Source: a candidate division WOR-3 bacterium (GTDB taxonomy: Bacteria > Hydrothermota > Tepidihabitantia > B3-TA06). From it: DNA of 64,000 nucleotides. The stretch spans positions 142,921 through 206,920 of the forward strand of contig CBFGKC010000002.1 in NCBI GenBank assembly GCA_965649265.1. The letters are read 5' to 3'. Position 1 is the stretch's first letter. The number at the start of each line of letters is the position of its first letter. The position numbers were made by a program, and so were the translations under genes. The notes beneath the pieces are model-generated. The model searched no databases, was not told the origin of the DNA, and worked only from the letters and a program-made list of their open reading frames with translations. Below, piece after piece: positions 50,714 to 59,748 of the stretch.

Positions 50714-51867
50714 TGCAAAAGGTAATGATGGGCAACCACGCACTCTCCTGGGGCGCGCTTTTGTCGCGGGCAGAGGTGATTGCCGCTTATCCGATAACGC
50801 CCCAGACCGAGGTGGTCGAGCTTCTTTCCAACATGTGCGCGGACGGCTCGCTCAACGCGCAGTTCATAAAGGTGGAGAGCGAGCATTCGGCAATGGCAGC
50901 CTCGCTCGGTGCGTCGGCCGCCGGCGCTCGTGCGTTTACCGCTACCTCCGCCCAGGGCCTGGCACTCATGCACGAGATGCTTCACTGGGCCGTTGGCGCG
51001 CGCCTGCCGATAGTCATGGGCAACATCAACCGCGCCATGGCTCCGCCCTGGACCATATGGACCGAGCAGACGGACTCGATATCCGAGCGCGACACGGGAT
51101 GGCTGCAGATTTACACGTCTTCGATCCAGGAAGTGCTCGACTCGGTCATCCAGGCATACAAGGTCGCGGAAAAGATTTACCTCCCGGTTATGGTCGTTCT
51201 CGACAGCTTCGTGCTCTCGCACACCAACGAGAACTGCGACGTTCCCGACCAGGCCAAGGTGGACTCCTATCTTCCGAAGTTCGTAAACGAGTACCGCCTG
51301 AACGTGAATAAGCCCTCCGCATACGGCGGACTGACAGGCCCGGACTGGTACTATGAACTCCGGTACAAGATCCAGAAGGCGCAGGAACAGGCGCTCGGAC
51401 TGATCGAGGAGACAGGCAAGGAGTTTGCAGAGATGTTCGGCCGCTCCTACGGTCTCGTCGAGACCTACAAACTCGATGACGCCGACACCGTACTCGTGAC
51501 GTCGGCCTCTATTGCATCGACCGCGAGGCCGGTGATAGACCAGCTCAGGGCCGAGGGCCACAAGGTCGGGCTCCTGCGAATCCGCGTCTTCAGGCCGTTC
51601 CCTTCGGAGCTTTTGAGAAAGCTGCTCGGAGGACGCAAGAAGCTCCTTGTGATCGATAGAAACATAAGCTTCGGCATGTCGGGCGCGTTCTACGCCGAGA
51701 CCAAGGCCGCGCTCTACAACGTTAAGACGAAGCCACCCATGTGGGGTTACATCGCCGGGCTCGGCGGCCGCGATGTGCCCATGGACGTCATAAGGGGAAT
51801 GATCCTTACGACGATCAAGGAGGATCATCCTTCCCAGGACATCGTCTGGATAGGAGCGAAGATATGA
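50713..51867 (+). CDS. porA: 2-oxoacid:ferredoxin oxidoreductase alpha subunit
   Basis: AYPITPQT, ESEHSA, TSAQGL, FRPFP. Confidence 0.93.
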   Translation: MQKVMMGNHALSWGALLSRAEVIAAYPITPQTEVVELLSNMCADGSLNAQFIKVESEHSAMAASLGASAAGARAFTATSAQGLALMHEMLHWAVGARLPIVMGNINRAMAPPWTIWTEQTDSISERDTGWLQIYTSSIQEVLDSVIQAYKVAEKIYLPVMVVLDSFVLSHTNENCDVPDQAKVDSYLPKFVNEYRLNVNKPSAYGGLTGPDWYYELRYKIQKAQEQALGLIEETGKEFAEMFGRSYGLVETYKLDDADTVLVTSASIASTARPVIDQLRAEGHKVGLLRIRVFRPFPSELLRKLLGGRKKLLVIDRNISFGMSGAFYAETKAALYNVKTKPPMWGYIAGLGGRDVPMDVIRGMILTTIKEDHPSQDIVWIGAKI

Positions 51868-52763
51868 AGTACACGATACCCGAACAGGAGATTATGTGCT
51901 CCGGACACAAGGCCTGCCAGGGCTGCGGCGCCGCCCACGCCATGCGCTTCGCCCTCAAGGCACTGGGACCAAAGACCGTTCTCGCCATTCCCGCTTGCTG
52001 CTGGGCGGTGATTGACGGCCCCTTCCCCTACTCGTCGGTGGGCGTGCCATTGTTCCACTGCGCGTTCGAGACCGCGGCCGTGACCGCATCAGGCATCCGC
52101 GCCGGGCTCGACATGCGCGGCGAGACCGACGTCAACGTGGTGGCATGGGCCGGCGACGGCGGAACCTTCGACATCGGCATCCAGTCGCTCTCTGGAACGG
52201 TGGAACGCAACGACAACATCATCTACATCTGCTACGACAACGAGGCCTACATGAACACGGGTGTCCAGCGCTCGTCATCTACCCCCTGGGGGGCCGTGAC
52301 CTCGACGACGCCTCCGCGCCACTTCAAGCAAGAGCGCAAGAAGGACATGATGGCCATCATGGCCGCGCACGGCATTCCCTACACCGCCTCGGCCTCCATA
52401 GCCTATCCGGAGGATTTCATCAAGAAGATAAAGAAGGCGATGGCGACAAAGGGCGCAAAGTTCATACATGTGCTTGCCACCTGTCCCCCCGGCTGGCGTT
52501 CCTCGCCGGAGCTTTCCATCCAGCTTGCGAAGCTTGCGGTTCAAACGCACGTATTCCCGCTGTACGAGATATACGAAGGGAAATACTACAAGTTCTCCAT
52601 GGACCCGGAGAAGAAGCCGATTACCGAGTACATGAAGCCGCAGGGCCGCTTCCGCCATCTGACGGAGGAACAGGTAAAGGACCTGGACCGTCAGGTTGAC
52701 GAGCGCTACGCATGGCTCAAGGAGCTTGCCGAACGCTCCAAGCCCTGGTTCGAGAAACAGTAG
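51864..52763 (+). CDS. porB: 2-oxoacid:ferredoxin oxidoreductase beta subunit
   Basis: ACQGC, GDGG..DNEAYMNTG TPP motif, TCP. Confidence 0.93.
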   Translation: MKYTIPEQEIMCSGHKACQGCGAAHAMRFALKALGPKTVLAIPACCWAVIDGPFPYSSVGVPLFHCAFETAAVTASGIRAGLDMRGETDVNVVAWAGDGGTFDIGIQSLSGTVERNDNIIYICYDNEAYMNTGVQRSSSTPWGAVTSTTPPRHFKQERKKDMMAIMAAHGIPYTASASIAYPEDFIKKIKKAMATKGAKFIHVLATCPPGWRSSPELSIQLAKLAVQTHVFPLYEIYEGKYYKFSMDPEKKPITEYMKPQGRFRHLTEEQVKDLDRQVDERYAWLKELAERSKPWFEKQ

Positions 52764-52775
52764 TAATTTTAATTT

Positions 52776-52810
52776 AAGAGAAAAGCCCGGACATGCCGGG
52801 CTTTTCTCTT
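52776..52810. terminator. Bidirectional intrinsic terminator
   Basis: AAGAGAAAAGCCCGG-acatg-CCGGGCTTTTCTCTT. Confidence 0.85.
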
Positions 52811-52822
52811 TGAAACATTTAA

Positions 52823-53356
52823 CTAAGAAAACAGAAGTCTTTGGTTTGCTGTAAGAATTGAGATATTAAAAACCCTAAAATCAGCGTCATGCGTAACAAA
52901 TTTGAAGTCCTTGTTCTTGCATATTTCGGCTAAGATTTGGTCATTAAAATCACATAGCTTGCTTTCGTAATCGACCAAGAGTGTATTAAAATCTATCAAT
53001 TCAAAGCAACTGTCAGTACGAGCACAATCTTTCAAAATACGTTTGCAGGCATCAACTATACTTTTTGCTATCGGGACAAAATCCTCACTCTGACGGTATT
53101 GCTTAAAATCGTCACTAGTTCCAGCTAAGTTGTAATGGAACCTTGCATACCGATTAATGAATTCTGAAAGTACCAAAATATCTATATATATTTTGCTCTT
53201 GGCTGTAAGTATCTTTGCTAAGGCCGAAGAATACGCTTTTGAACGCTTATCTTCGGGATCGGTTGGTCCGTAAATGAAATACCATATATTGGCGTCAAAA
53301 AAGAGCGAATCGTTAATTGAGAAGGAATATTTCTTGATATCAATTTTCCTGTCCAT
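52823..53356 (-). CDS. PIN-domain ribonuclease
   Basis: Acidic residues in FFDANIW, LSEFIN, DFNDQI and VTHDADF. Confidence 0.85.
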   Translation of the reverse strand: MDRKIDIKKYSFSINDSLFFDANIWYFIYGPTDPEDKRSKAYSSALAKILTAKSKIYIDILVLSEFINRYARFHYNLAGTSDDFKQYRQSEDFVPIAKSIVDACKRILKDCARTDSCFELIDFNTLLVDYESKLCDFNDQILAEICKNKDFKFVTHDADFRVFNISILTANQRLLFS

Positions 53357-53711
53357 TATTGCCCACTCCTAATACCTTGTTTTCGGATCGTTTGAATCTT
53401 TCGGGATCTTTAAAATACTCCTTAGCCGTGTCTACTACTCTTTTGAGAAGTACTAGATCATCTTGCTCCATATCTATTACCGAAAGACCAGCTCTAATCT
53501 TTTCCTCGGTAAATTCGCCGTAGAGTTGCCCTATAGCTGCATTAAGGAAAGCCGAAGTAAGACTTTCCACGTTCAAAAAAGAAAGTTTCACCGCACGTCC
53601 TTCCCGTAGGGTCGAAGCTATCTGGTCGTGTACCTTCTGTCCATCTTCAGACGCTACACAGAGTTCGTTTCCTACAACCTCAAAAACCTTTATAATGATT
53701 TCGTCAGGCAT
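53340..53711 (-). CDS. STAS-like (DUF4325) protein
   Basis: 'DGQKV..I...V.LSF.NVESLTSAFLNAAIGQLY'; AAGGAAGGAG RBS before ATG 53711. Confidence 0.82.
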   Translation of the reverse strand: MPDEIIIKVFEVVGNELCVASEDGQKVHDQIASTLREGRAVKLSFLNVESLTSAFLNAAIGQLYGEFTEEKIRAGLSVIDMEQDDLVLLKRVVDTAKEYFKDPERFKRSENKVLGVGNNGQEN

Positions 53712-53728
53712 AGCGCTCCTTCCTTTGG

Positions 53729-54598
53729 TTAAAAAATATCCTCCGGACTGATTTCCGATTTTAGGCAATACGATTTTTTATCAGCCGTGTTAATTTCAAT
53801 ATTCACGACCGTCCCAGGGAAAGGGTTGACAAAAGATTTTGTCGAAACTTTTCCATTAGACAATTCCCAATATCCCTTATCTGAAACAATTTGAATACGA
53901 CCACTATTTTTGCTTATAAATTCTTGAAGAAGTTTTAATCCTAAACCACCTGGAATCTTGCCAGTCTTGGTCGTGTTTCCACTTGCCGCCCACACAATAG
54001 CGCCTTCAGGAGATAAATCTAACCTCTTTCTTCTCATAATATTACTACGAATGCCTATTCCTAAATCAGCAATGGAAAAATCTATTCTGTTTTTCTTCGG
54101 AAATACCTGCCCACAAGAAAAAATACCTAATTGAGTCTCCGAGTGTGTGACCGCATTGTTAAATATCTCAAAAATACTTTCTCTGAATTTCTTAAGCAGA
54201 CCAATAGACATCCTTGGAATACCCTTTCTTTTAATCAAACCTACTTCAATATAATTTCCAAAGTATCGTCCATCGTAAGTGTCAAATTTCTTGTATTCTA
54301 TTGTAGTCCCATATGTATCCTGCCTTTGTTTTCTTCCGTAAGCACTTAAAAATCCGTTTTTGGAGAGTATAGACTCTACATCTTTTCTAAAATTCACAAG
54401 CTCAACAATGTTCACATTTCGACTTACACTGTATAATATCGCGCCCAGAGGGGCGCACATATTGGCATCAAACCAAAATACTTTTGACATATCTATCTCT
54501 ATAACTTCAAATTCACATTCACTTGTTTCAGCAAACAATCTGATTAAGCTGCTAAATCCGTCGTAGTCACTGCGGATGTTGTTTAAAGATATTCTCAC
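53729..54598 (-). CDS. GHKL/HATPase (anti-sigma-kinase-like) with N-terminal STAS-like domain
   Basis: N-box EIFNNAVTHS, G1 ADLGIGI, G2 GGLGL, G3 PGT; N-terminal 'IDMSKVFWFD'. Confidence 0.82.
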   Translation of the reverse strand: MRISLNNIRSDYDGFSSLIRLFAETSECEFEVIEIDMSKVFWFDANMCAPLGAILYSVSRNVNIVELVNFRKDVESILSKNGFLSAYGRKQRQDTYGTTIEYKKFDTYDGRYFGNYIEVGLIKRKGIPRMSIGLLKKFRESIFEIFNNAVTHSETQLGIFSCGQVFPKKNRIDFSIADLGIGIRSNIMRRKRLDLSPEGAIVWAASGNTTKTGKIPGGLGLKLLQEFISKNSGRIQIVSDKGYWELSNGKVSTKSFVNPFPGTVVNIEINTADKKSYCLKSEISPEDIF

Positions 54599-54637
54599 TT
54601 TTTAACCTTAAGGGGATTGACCTCAAACACGAAACTA

Positions 54638-54722
54638 AGTCTAGTCAACTTAATGATGGTGTCAAGAGAAAGCTGGCTTCATTTTCAATTCCTCTTGACA
54701 AGGATTATTCTAACGCTATACT
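54638..54722. promoter_or_regulatory. Back-to-back divergent sigma70 promoters
   Basis: Minus TTGACA-16-TAGACT at 54665-54638; plus TTGACA-16-TATACT at 54695-54722. Confidence 0.6.
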
Positions 54723-54863
54723 GATATCGTCGGCAGTATGATTCTGAGGACAGGCTTTTTGGGCTTTATTGACTAAACAGGAGGAACACGAAAGTGAGAG
54801 GAGAAATCTCGAAAGTAATAGTAAGAAATAAAGGTATGGTTAGAGGCACCCAAGGAAAGTTTA

Positions 54864-56366
54864 ATGGACGACGATAAGAACAAGGATCTTGAGAAGAGGA
54901 TAGCGGAACTTGGGGAGGAGGGTGAAGAGGGTAAAAAGAAGGTTGAGCTTCTCAACGAGCTGGCCTCGAACGTTCACCGCAAGGATCCGGAGCAGGCCGA
55001 GAGGCTCGGCCTCGAGGCACTGGCTATAGCCGAAAAGCTCGGGGCCAGGACCTGGATAGCCGCGAGTTCCAGGATGATAGGAACCGCTCACCTCATGCGC
55101 GGCAACTTCGAGACGGCGCTCGAGCGCTTCACGACCGCGCTCGAGATATTCGAGGAGTTGGGTGACGAGAAGGGTGCCGCCTCCGCAAGGCTCAACATGG
55201 GCAACGTCTACCAGAACTTCAACAAACACGACCAGGCTCTCAAGTACTACAATATAGTTCTCGGGTTCTACGAGGGGATCACAGACAAGCAGGGACGAGC
55301 GACCGTTTTGAACAACATGGGCGTAAGCTTCATGGCACAGGGCGACCTCGACGAAGCGCTCGAGACTTACAGAAAGGCCCTCAAATTGTACGAGGAACTG
55401 GATTTCAAACCAGGCATCGCCTACTCTAACGGCAACATCGCAACCATCTATTTGAAGCAGGAAAAGCTCGAGAAGGCACTCGAAAGCTACCTTGCCGCGG
55501 AGAAGATCTTCGAGGAGCTTGCCGACAAGCGCAGCCTCAACATAAGTTCGATATACGTGGGAAGCCTTTACACAAAACTCGGCGATTTCGATAAGGCACT
55601 CGCGACGCTGGAGAAGGCAAAGAGGATTTCGAAAGAGATAGGCGCAAGGGACATGGAGATGGCCTCTCACCTTTTCCTTTCGGAGATGTACGAGGCGAAA
55701 GAGGACTTCGAGCAGGCCCTTGAGAATTACAAGAAGTACAGCGAAATCAACGGAAAAATCTTCAGCGAGGACAACGAGAAAAGGGTAACACAGCTGAGGG
55801 TAAAATACGAGAGCGAACGGAAGGTAAGGGAGATAGAGATATTCAAGTCGAAAACAGAGGAACTCGAGAGAGAGGTCAGGGACAGAACGGCGGAACTCGA
55901 GAACCGGCTCGCCGATCGCAGACGGGTGGAGGACGAATTAAAGGAAAAGCTCTCACTCATCAACAAGCAGCAGGCGGCCATATTCGAGCTCTCCACGCCC
56001 ATAATAAGGATATGGGAGGGGGTGCTGGTCGTACCGCTGATAGGCGTGCTCGATACGGCCAGGGCGGAGCACTTCACCGAGGAGCTGCTTGCTTCCATCA
56101 AGGCAACCCAGTCGAGGGTGGCGATAATAGACATCACGGGCGTGCCTTCGGTGGACTCATCGGTGGCGAATCATCTGCTGAAGACGGTCGAGTCGGTGAG
56201 ACTCCAGGGTGCCAGGTGCGTGGTAACCGGCATCAGACCGGAGGTCGCGCAGACCATCATACACCTCGGAATAGACATCTCTGAACTGAAGACGACGGCC
56301 AATCTGGCATCGGGTCTGGTATGGGCTTTCAGAAGAATCGGTGAAAGGGGTTTTGCTAATGCCTGA
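54864..56366 (+). CDS. TPR + coiled coil + RsbR-type STAS protein
   Basis: Multiple TPRs; 'ELSTPIIRIWEGVLVVPLIGVLDTARA..IDITGVPSVDSSVA..TGIRPEVAQT..LGID'. Confidence 0.88.
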   Translation: MDDDKNKDLEKRIAELGEEGEEGKKKVELLNELASNVHRKDPEQAERLGLEALAIAEKLGARTWIAASSRMIGTAHLMRGNFETALERFTTALEIFEELGDEKGAASARLNMGNVYQNFNKHDQALKYYNIVLGFYEGITDKQGRATVLNNMGVSFMAQGDLDEALETYRKALKLYEELDFKPGIAYSNGNIATIYLKQEKLEKALESYLAAEKIFEELADKRSLNISSIYVGSLYTKLGDFDKALATLEKAKRISKEIGARDMEMASHLFLSEMYEAKEDFEQALENYKKYSEINGKIFSEDNEKRVTQLRVKYESERKVREIEIFKSKTEELEREVRDRTAELENRLADRRRVEDELKEKLSLINKQQAAIFELSTPIIRIWEGVLVVPLIGVLDTARAEHFTEELLASIKATQSRVAIIDITGVPSVDSSVANHLLKTVESVRLQGARCVVTGIRPEVAQTIIHLGIDISELKTTANLASGLVWAFRRIGERGFANA

Positions 56367-57936
56367 GGACAAGGTAAAGGCGCTCGAAGCCCGGCTGGCT
56401 CTCCTTGAAGAAAAAATCCTTAAGGAAGACGGGGACGAGGTCCTCGAAGAATCACGAAGTGGTTCTCTGGGGCAAAAGGACGGTGTCCCCGGAGAATTAA
56501 GGAGTGATTCTCTGGAGCAAGAGATTGCCGACATCCTGAACGAACTCGCCTTCGCAAGTTACTCGAACGATCTCGAGAAAACCAGGGAGTACTCGGCCAG
56601 GGCGATAGCGCTCGCGGAGAAGACTGACTACCTCATGGGTCAGGCAAAGGGGCACCGCACGATGGGAATCTACCACTGGCTGAAGGGCGATTTCGACAAG
56701 GCGCTGGAATGCTCGCTCCGCTCGCTTGAAATATCGGAGAGGATGGGCGATGAAAACGGCCGGGCCGCAAGCTTCAACAACATGGGCCTCATATACATGA
56801 ATCTCTCGAAACCCGACCTTGCGCGCGAGAATCACCTGAAGGCCGCGGAGATTTTTGAGAAGGTCGGAAACAGGCAGTCGCAGGGCAAGGCGCTGACTAA
56901 CATAGGCGTCATCTGCGAGGCACAGGGCGATTATCGAGAAGCCCTGAAATACCTCTTGAAGAGCCTTGCGATTTACGAGCAGCTCGGAAGCTACGGTGAT
57001 CTTTCGGGCTGTTACTCATACATAGGCAACTGCTACAAGGGGCTCGGTCAGTACGACAAGGCTCTGGAACATTTCCTCATCGCGCTCGAGAAAGCCCGGA
57101 AGAGCGCGAGCAAGCTTGACACCGTTATCGCTTGCAAGGGCATAGGTTCCCTTTACACGAAAACCGGCGAGTACGAGAAAGCCCTCGAACATCTTGAAAA
57201 AGGGCTTGCGCTTGCCGGTGAGCTGAAGTCAAACCACCAGGAGCTTTCGATATTCCGACTCATGGTCGAACTCTGCGAGCAAAGCAAGGATTTTCGCAGC
57301 GCCCTCGGATATTTCAAGAAGATGAAAGAGCTCGAATCGAAGATCTTCTCCGACGAGAACAACAAGAAGATAGAGCAGATGCAGGCCAAATACGAGACCG
57401 AACAAAGAGAGAAGGAAGCCCAGATATACAGGCAGAAGAACGAAGAACTCGAAAGGATGGTTGAGGAGCGCACCTTGGAACTCGAGAAGGAGCTTGCGGA
57501 ACGCTCCAAGATCGAGGAAGAGCTCAAGGAGAAGCTTAAGCTCATCGAACGGCAGCAGGCGGCGATCACGGAGTTGTCAACCCCAATAATCAAGGTATGG
57601 GAAGGGGTCCTGGTGGTTCCGTTGGTAGGTGTTTTGGATTCTTCAAGAACCCGGCGCTTCACCGAGGAGCTTTTGTCAGCAATAAACGCGACACAGTCGA
57701 GGATTGCCATGGTGGACATCACGGGCGTGCCGACAGTTGACTCGTCGGTGGCCAACCATCTCCTGAAGACGATGGAATCGGTAAGACTCCAGGGCGCGCA
57801 CTGCATAGTTACCGGCATAAGGCCTGAGGTGGCGCAGACCATAATACATCTCGGGATAGACGTGGAGGGGCTCAAAACGATGTCGAGCCTTGCCGACGGC
57901 CTCAAGTGGGCTTTCTCGAAAATCGCCACGAGCTAA
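56359..57936 (+). CDS. Second TPR + coiled coil + RsbR-type STAS protein
   Basis: Same architecture as the preceding gene with a closely similar STAS domain. Confidence 0.88.
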   Translation: MPEDKVKALEARLALLEEKILKEDGDEVLEESRSGSLGQKDGVPGELRSDSLEQEIADILNELAFASYSNDLEKTREYSARAIALAEKTDYLMGQAKGHRTMGIYHWLKGDFDKALECSLRSLEISERMGDENGRAASFNNMGLIYMNLSKPDLARENHLKAAEIFEKVGNRQSQGKALTNIGVICEAQGDYREALKYLLKSLAIYEQLGSYGDLSGCYSYIGNCYKGLGQYDKALEHFLIALEKARKSASKLDTVIACKGIGSLYTKTGEYEKALEHLEKGLALAGELKSNHQELSIFRLMVELCEQSKDFRSALGYFKKMKELESKIFSDENNKKIEQMQAKYETEQREKEAQIYRQKNEELERMVEERTLELEKELAERSKIEEELKEKLKLIERQQAAITELSTPIIKVWEGVLVVPLVGVLDSSRTRRFTEELLSAINATQSRIAMVDITGVPTVDSSVANHLLKTMESVRLQGAHCIVTGIRPEVAQTIIHLGIDVEGLKTMSSLADGLKWAFSKIATS

Positions 57937-57947
57937 GCCCAGCCCCC

Positions 57948-58165
57948 CTCAGCAGAATCCCATTCTGCTCATGCGCCCCCAGCGCTCGCCCTCACCCGTA
58001 ACACACCGTAACACACCCCGTCCCCCTACGAGGGAGGGTCTGACCCTTGGGGTATGTCTATACCTCGTAGGGCGTTCTCATATGCAGCTTTGATCATAAG
58101 GAAATAACACACCCGTAACACACCGTAACACACCGTAACACACCCGTAACACAATCCGCAACACA
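57948..58165 (+). repeat. GCAGAAT-ccc-ATTCTGC hairpin element, CCCTACGAGG/CCTCGTAGGG palindrome and CCGTAACAC arrays
   Basis: The first ~45 bp recur at about 63665; GTAACAC units as at 48309. Confidence 0.7.
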
Positions 58166-58353
58166 TACTACCTCAGTCCCCTCTTTGGAGAATAACCTTG
58201 CGATACGAAATCTGCGTAAGACCACGGAAGTCCATTGAGATCATGCGCCTCCGGAGAGTTATGTGCATTTTTTCCGGAAAGTGCTTGACACTCGCTTAAG
58301 TTTTTTTATTCTTACGTAGAACGAAACAGAAGATGTTGAAGAGGAGTATTAGT

Positions 58354-58761
58354 ATGAAAAGAAACTGCCTGATTCTTTTTCCCGTGCTTTTAATCTGTAT
58401 TGCCCAACTCTCCTGCAGCACGGCGAACGACGCCCTGATGACGGTCGAGATTACGGAGCAGCCTGCGGGCGGCGCTTACGTGGATTATCTCTCGTGCAGC
58501 TTCAGGGCCAATCTCGAGGATATAAATACGGAGAACATCGTCGAACCATCGGTCATCTTGACCGCCCGGTGGATGACAGATAAAGGCGTTCACGAAACAT
58601 CGAGATACGACATCCCGACGGGCACGAGTAACCTCAGGACCGAAATTATCCCGCCCGAGGGTATGTATTTCGACAAGACCTTCTGGATGCGACTCACATG
58701 GAAGGATTCCGAGGGTGAGCATACCCTGGAATCAAACAAAGCATCCTGCATCGTGCCCTGA
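58354..58761 (+). CDS. Hypothetical lipoprotein, paralog A
   Basis: Lipobox-like LSC; C-terminus DKTFW..W.DS.G.H..ES.KASCIVP. Confidence 0.75.
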   Translation: MKRNCLILFPVLLICIAQLSCSTANDALMTVEITEQPAGGAYVDYLSCSFRANLEDINTENIVEPSVILTARWMTDKGVHETSRYDIPTGTSNLRTEIIPPEGMYFDKTFWMRLTWKDSEGEHTLESNKASCIVP

Positions 58762-58787
58762 AGCCGGATGTAAGATAAGGAGAAGAC

Positions 58788-59246
58788 ATGTTTTTGAGGA
58801 AAAACCTGCGGAGAGCGATTTTGCCGCTTCTGGCAGCGCTTTTCGTGATCGTTTTCGAGGGGTCTGACTGCTACGGTCCGATAGTGAAAAGTTACATAAG
58901 CGGACTCGAGTTCACCAGCCAGCCGCAGGGTGGAAGCTACGTGCAAACGCTTTCGTGCACGTTCGTCGTTTCGAGCGACGCCACGGCGGCGGAACCGGAC
59001 AAGGTGCCTCAGAACGGCGACATAACCATAAGGATCGCATGGAAGACGGACGAAAAGACCCATGACGTCGAGACGAAAAAAATCCCCTGGGTTCTGAACG
59101 AAACGACGTACACGACCGTTACCACCACTTTCTCCGCACCCGAGGGTTACTATCTCGATAAAACGTTCTGGGTGGAAGTCAGCTGGACCGACTCAGGCGG
59201 CGACCATATCAAGGAGAGCGAAAAGGCATCCTGCATTGTTCCATAA
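58788..59246 (+). CDS. Hypothetical exported/lipoprotein, paralog B
   Basis: Same motifs as paralog A; AGGAG RBS. Confidence 0.75.
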   Translation: MFLRKNLRRAILPLLAALFVIVFEGSDCYGPIVKSYISGLEFTSQPQGGSYVQTLSCTFVVSSDATAAEPDKVPQNGDITIRIAWKTDEKTHDVETKKIPWVLNETTYTTVTTTFSAPEGYYLDKTFWVEVSWTDSGGDHIKESEKASCIVP

Positions 59247-59359
59247 GTTTCGCTGATAAATGAGAAAGGAACGCCCTGGCGTTCCTTTCATCGAGCTTGA
59301 CCTGGAGGTTTTTAGTCAAGTGCCAGCGAGTTGCTTAAAAAACTCAAGAAGACAATTGG

Positions 59360-59484
59360 AAGCGAAGAAGGCGGCTCCTCCTGTTGAGCCGCCTTCAGCT
59401 CAGGCTTGGAGAAATATAACTCTGAGAGCCCGTGTGATCTGCTCCAAGCCCTCCTCATTATCTATATCTATCCAAATTGTCTAC
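59360..59484 (-). ncRNA. Candidate sigma54-dependent small RNA
   Basis: Two stems (59403-59450 and 59367-59396) downstream of the sigma54 site. Confidence 0.45.
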
Positions 59485-59494
59485 TAAAATAATA

Positions 59495-59511
59495 AGCAAC
59501 TATCGTGCCAA
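59495..59511 (-). promoter_or_regulatory. sigma54 promoter
   Basis: TTGGCAC-GATAG-TTGCT consensus match. Confidence 0.75.
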
Positions 59512-59706
59512 TTTGTGGTCGAGAATCAAGTGTTATCAAAACGTGAGATATTTTTTCGTGTGAGAGGATTGTACGTATTCAGGATGTTTTCGAAAACGGC
59601 AAGGTGCACTAAAAAGCTACAGTATTATGAGTCTGAATTCAGACCAAATCACCCTACCGGGTTTTTCGAGTAAAGGGGGAGGGGGTATCGGGATGGTTGT
59701 GGTCAA

Positions 59707-59735
59707 CAAAAAGGGGCGGGGGTACCCGCCCCTGA
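59707..59735 (-). terminator. Intrinsic terminator (second copy at about 60261-60285)
   Basis: AGGGGCGGG-ggta-CCCGCCCCT with an adjacent T-run. Confidence 0.75.
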
Positions 59736-59748
59736 TTCAAACTTTCTG

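Noticed and set aside
16793-54614. Identical 15-mer TTTTAACCTTAAGGG beside two AT-rich inserts (16793 and 54600)
   Set aside because: Opposite orientation relative to the genes, low complexity and no matching partner ends; may be chance.
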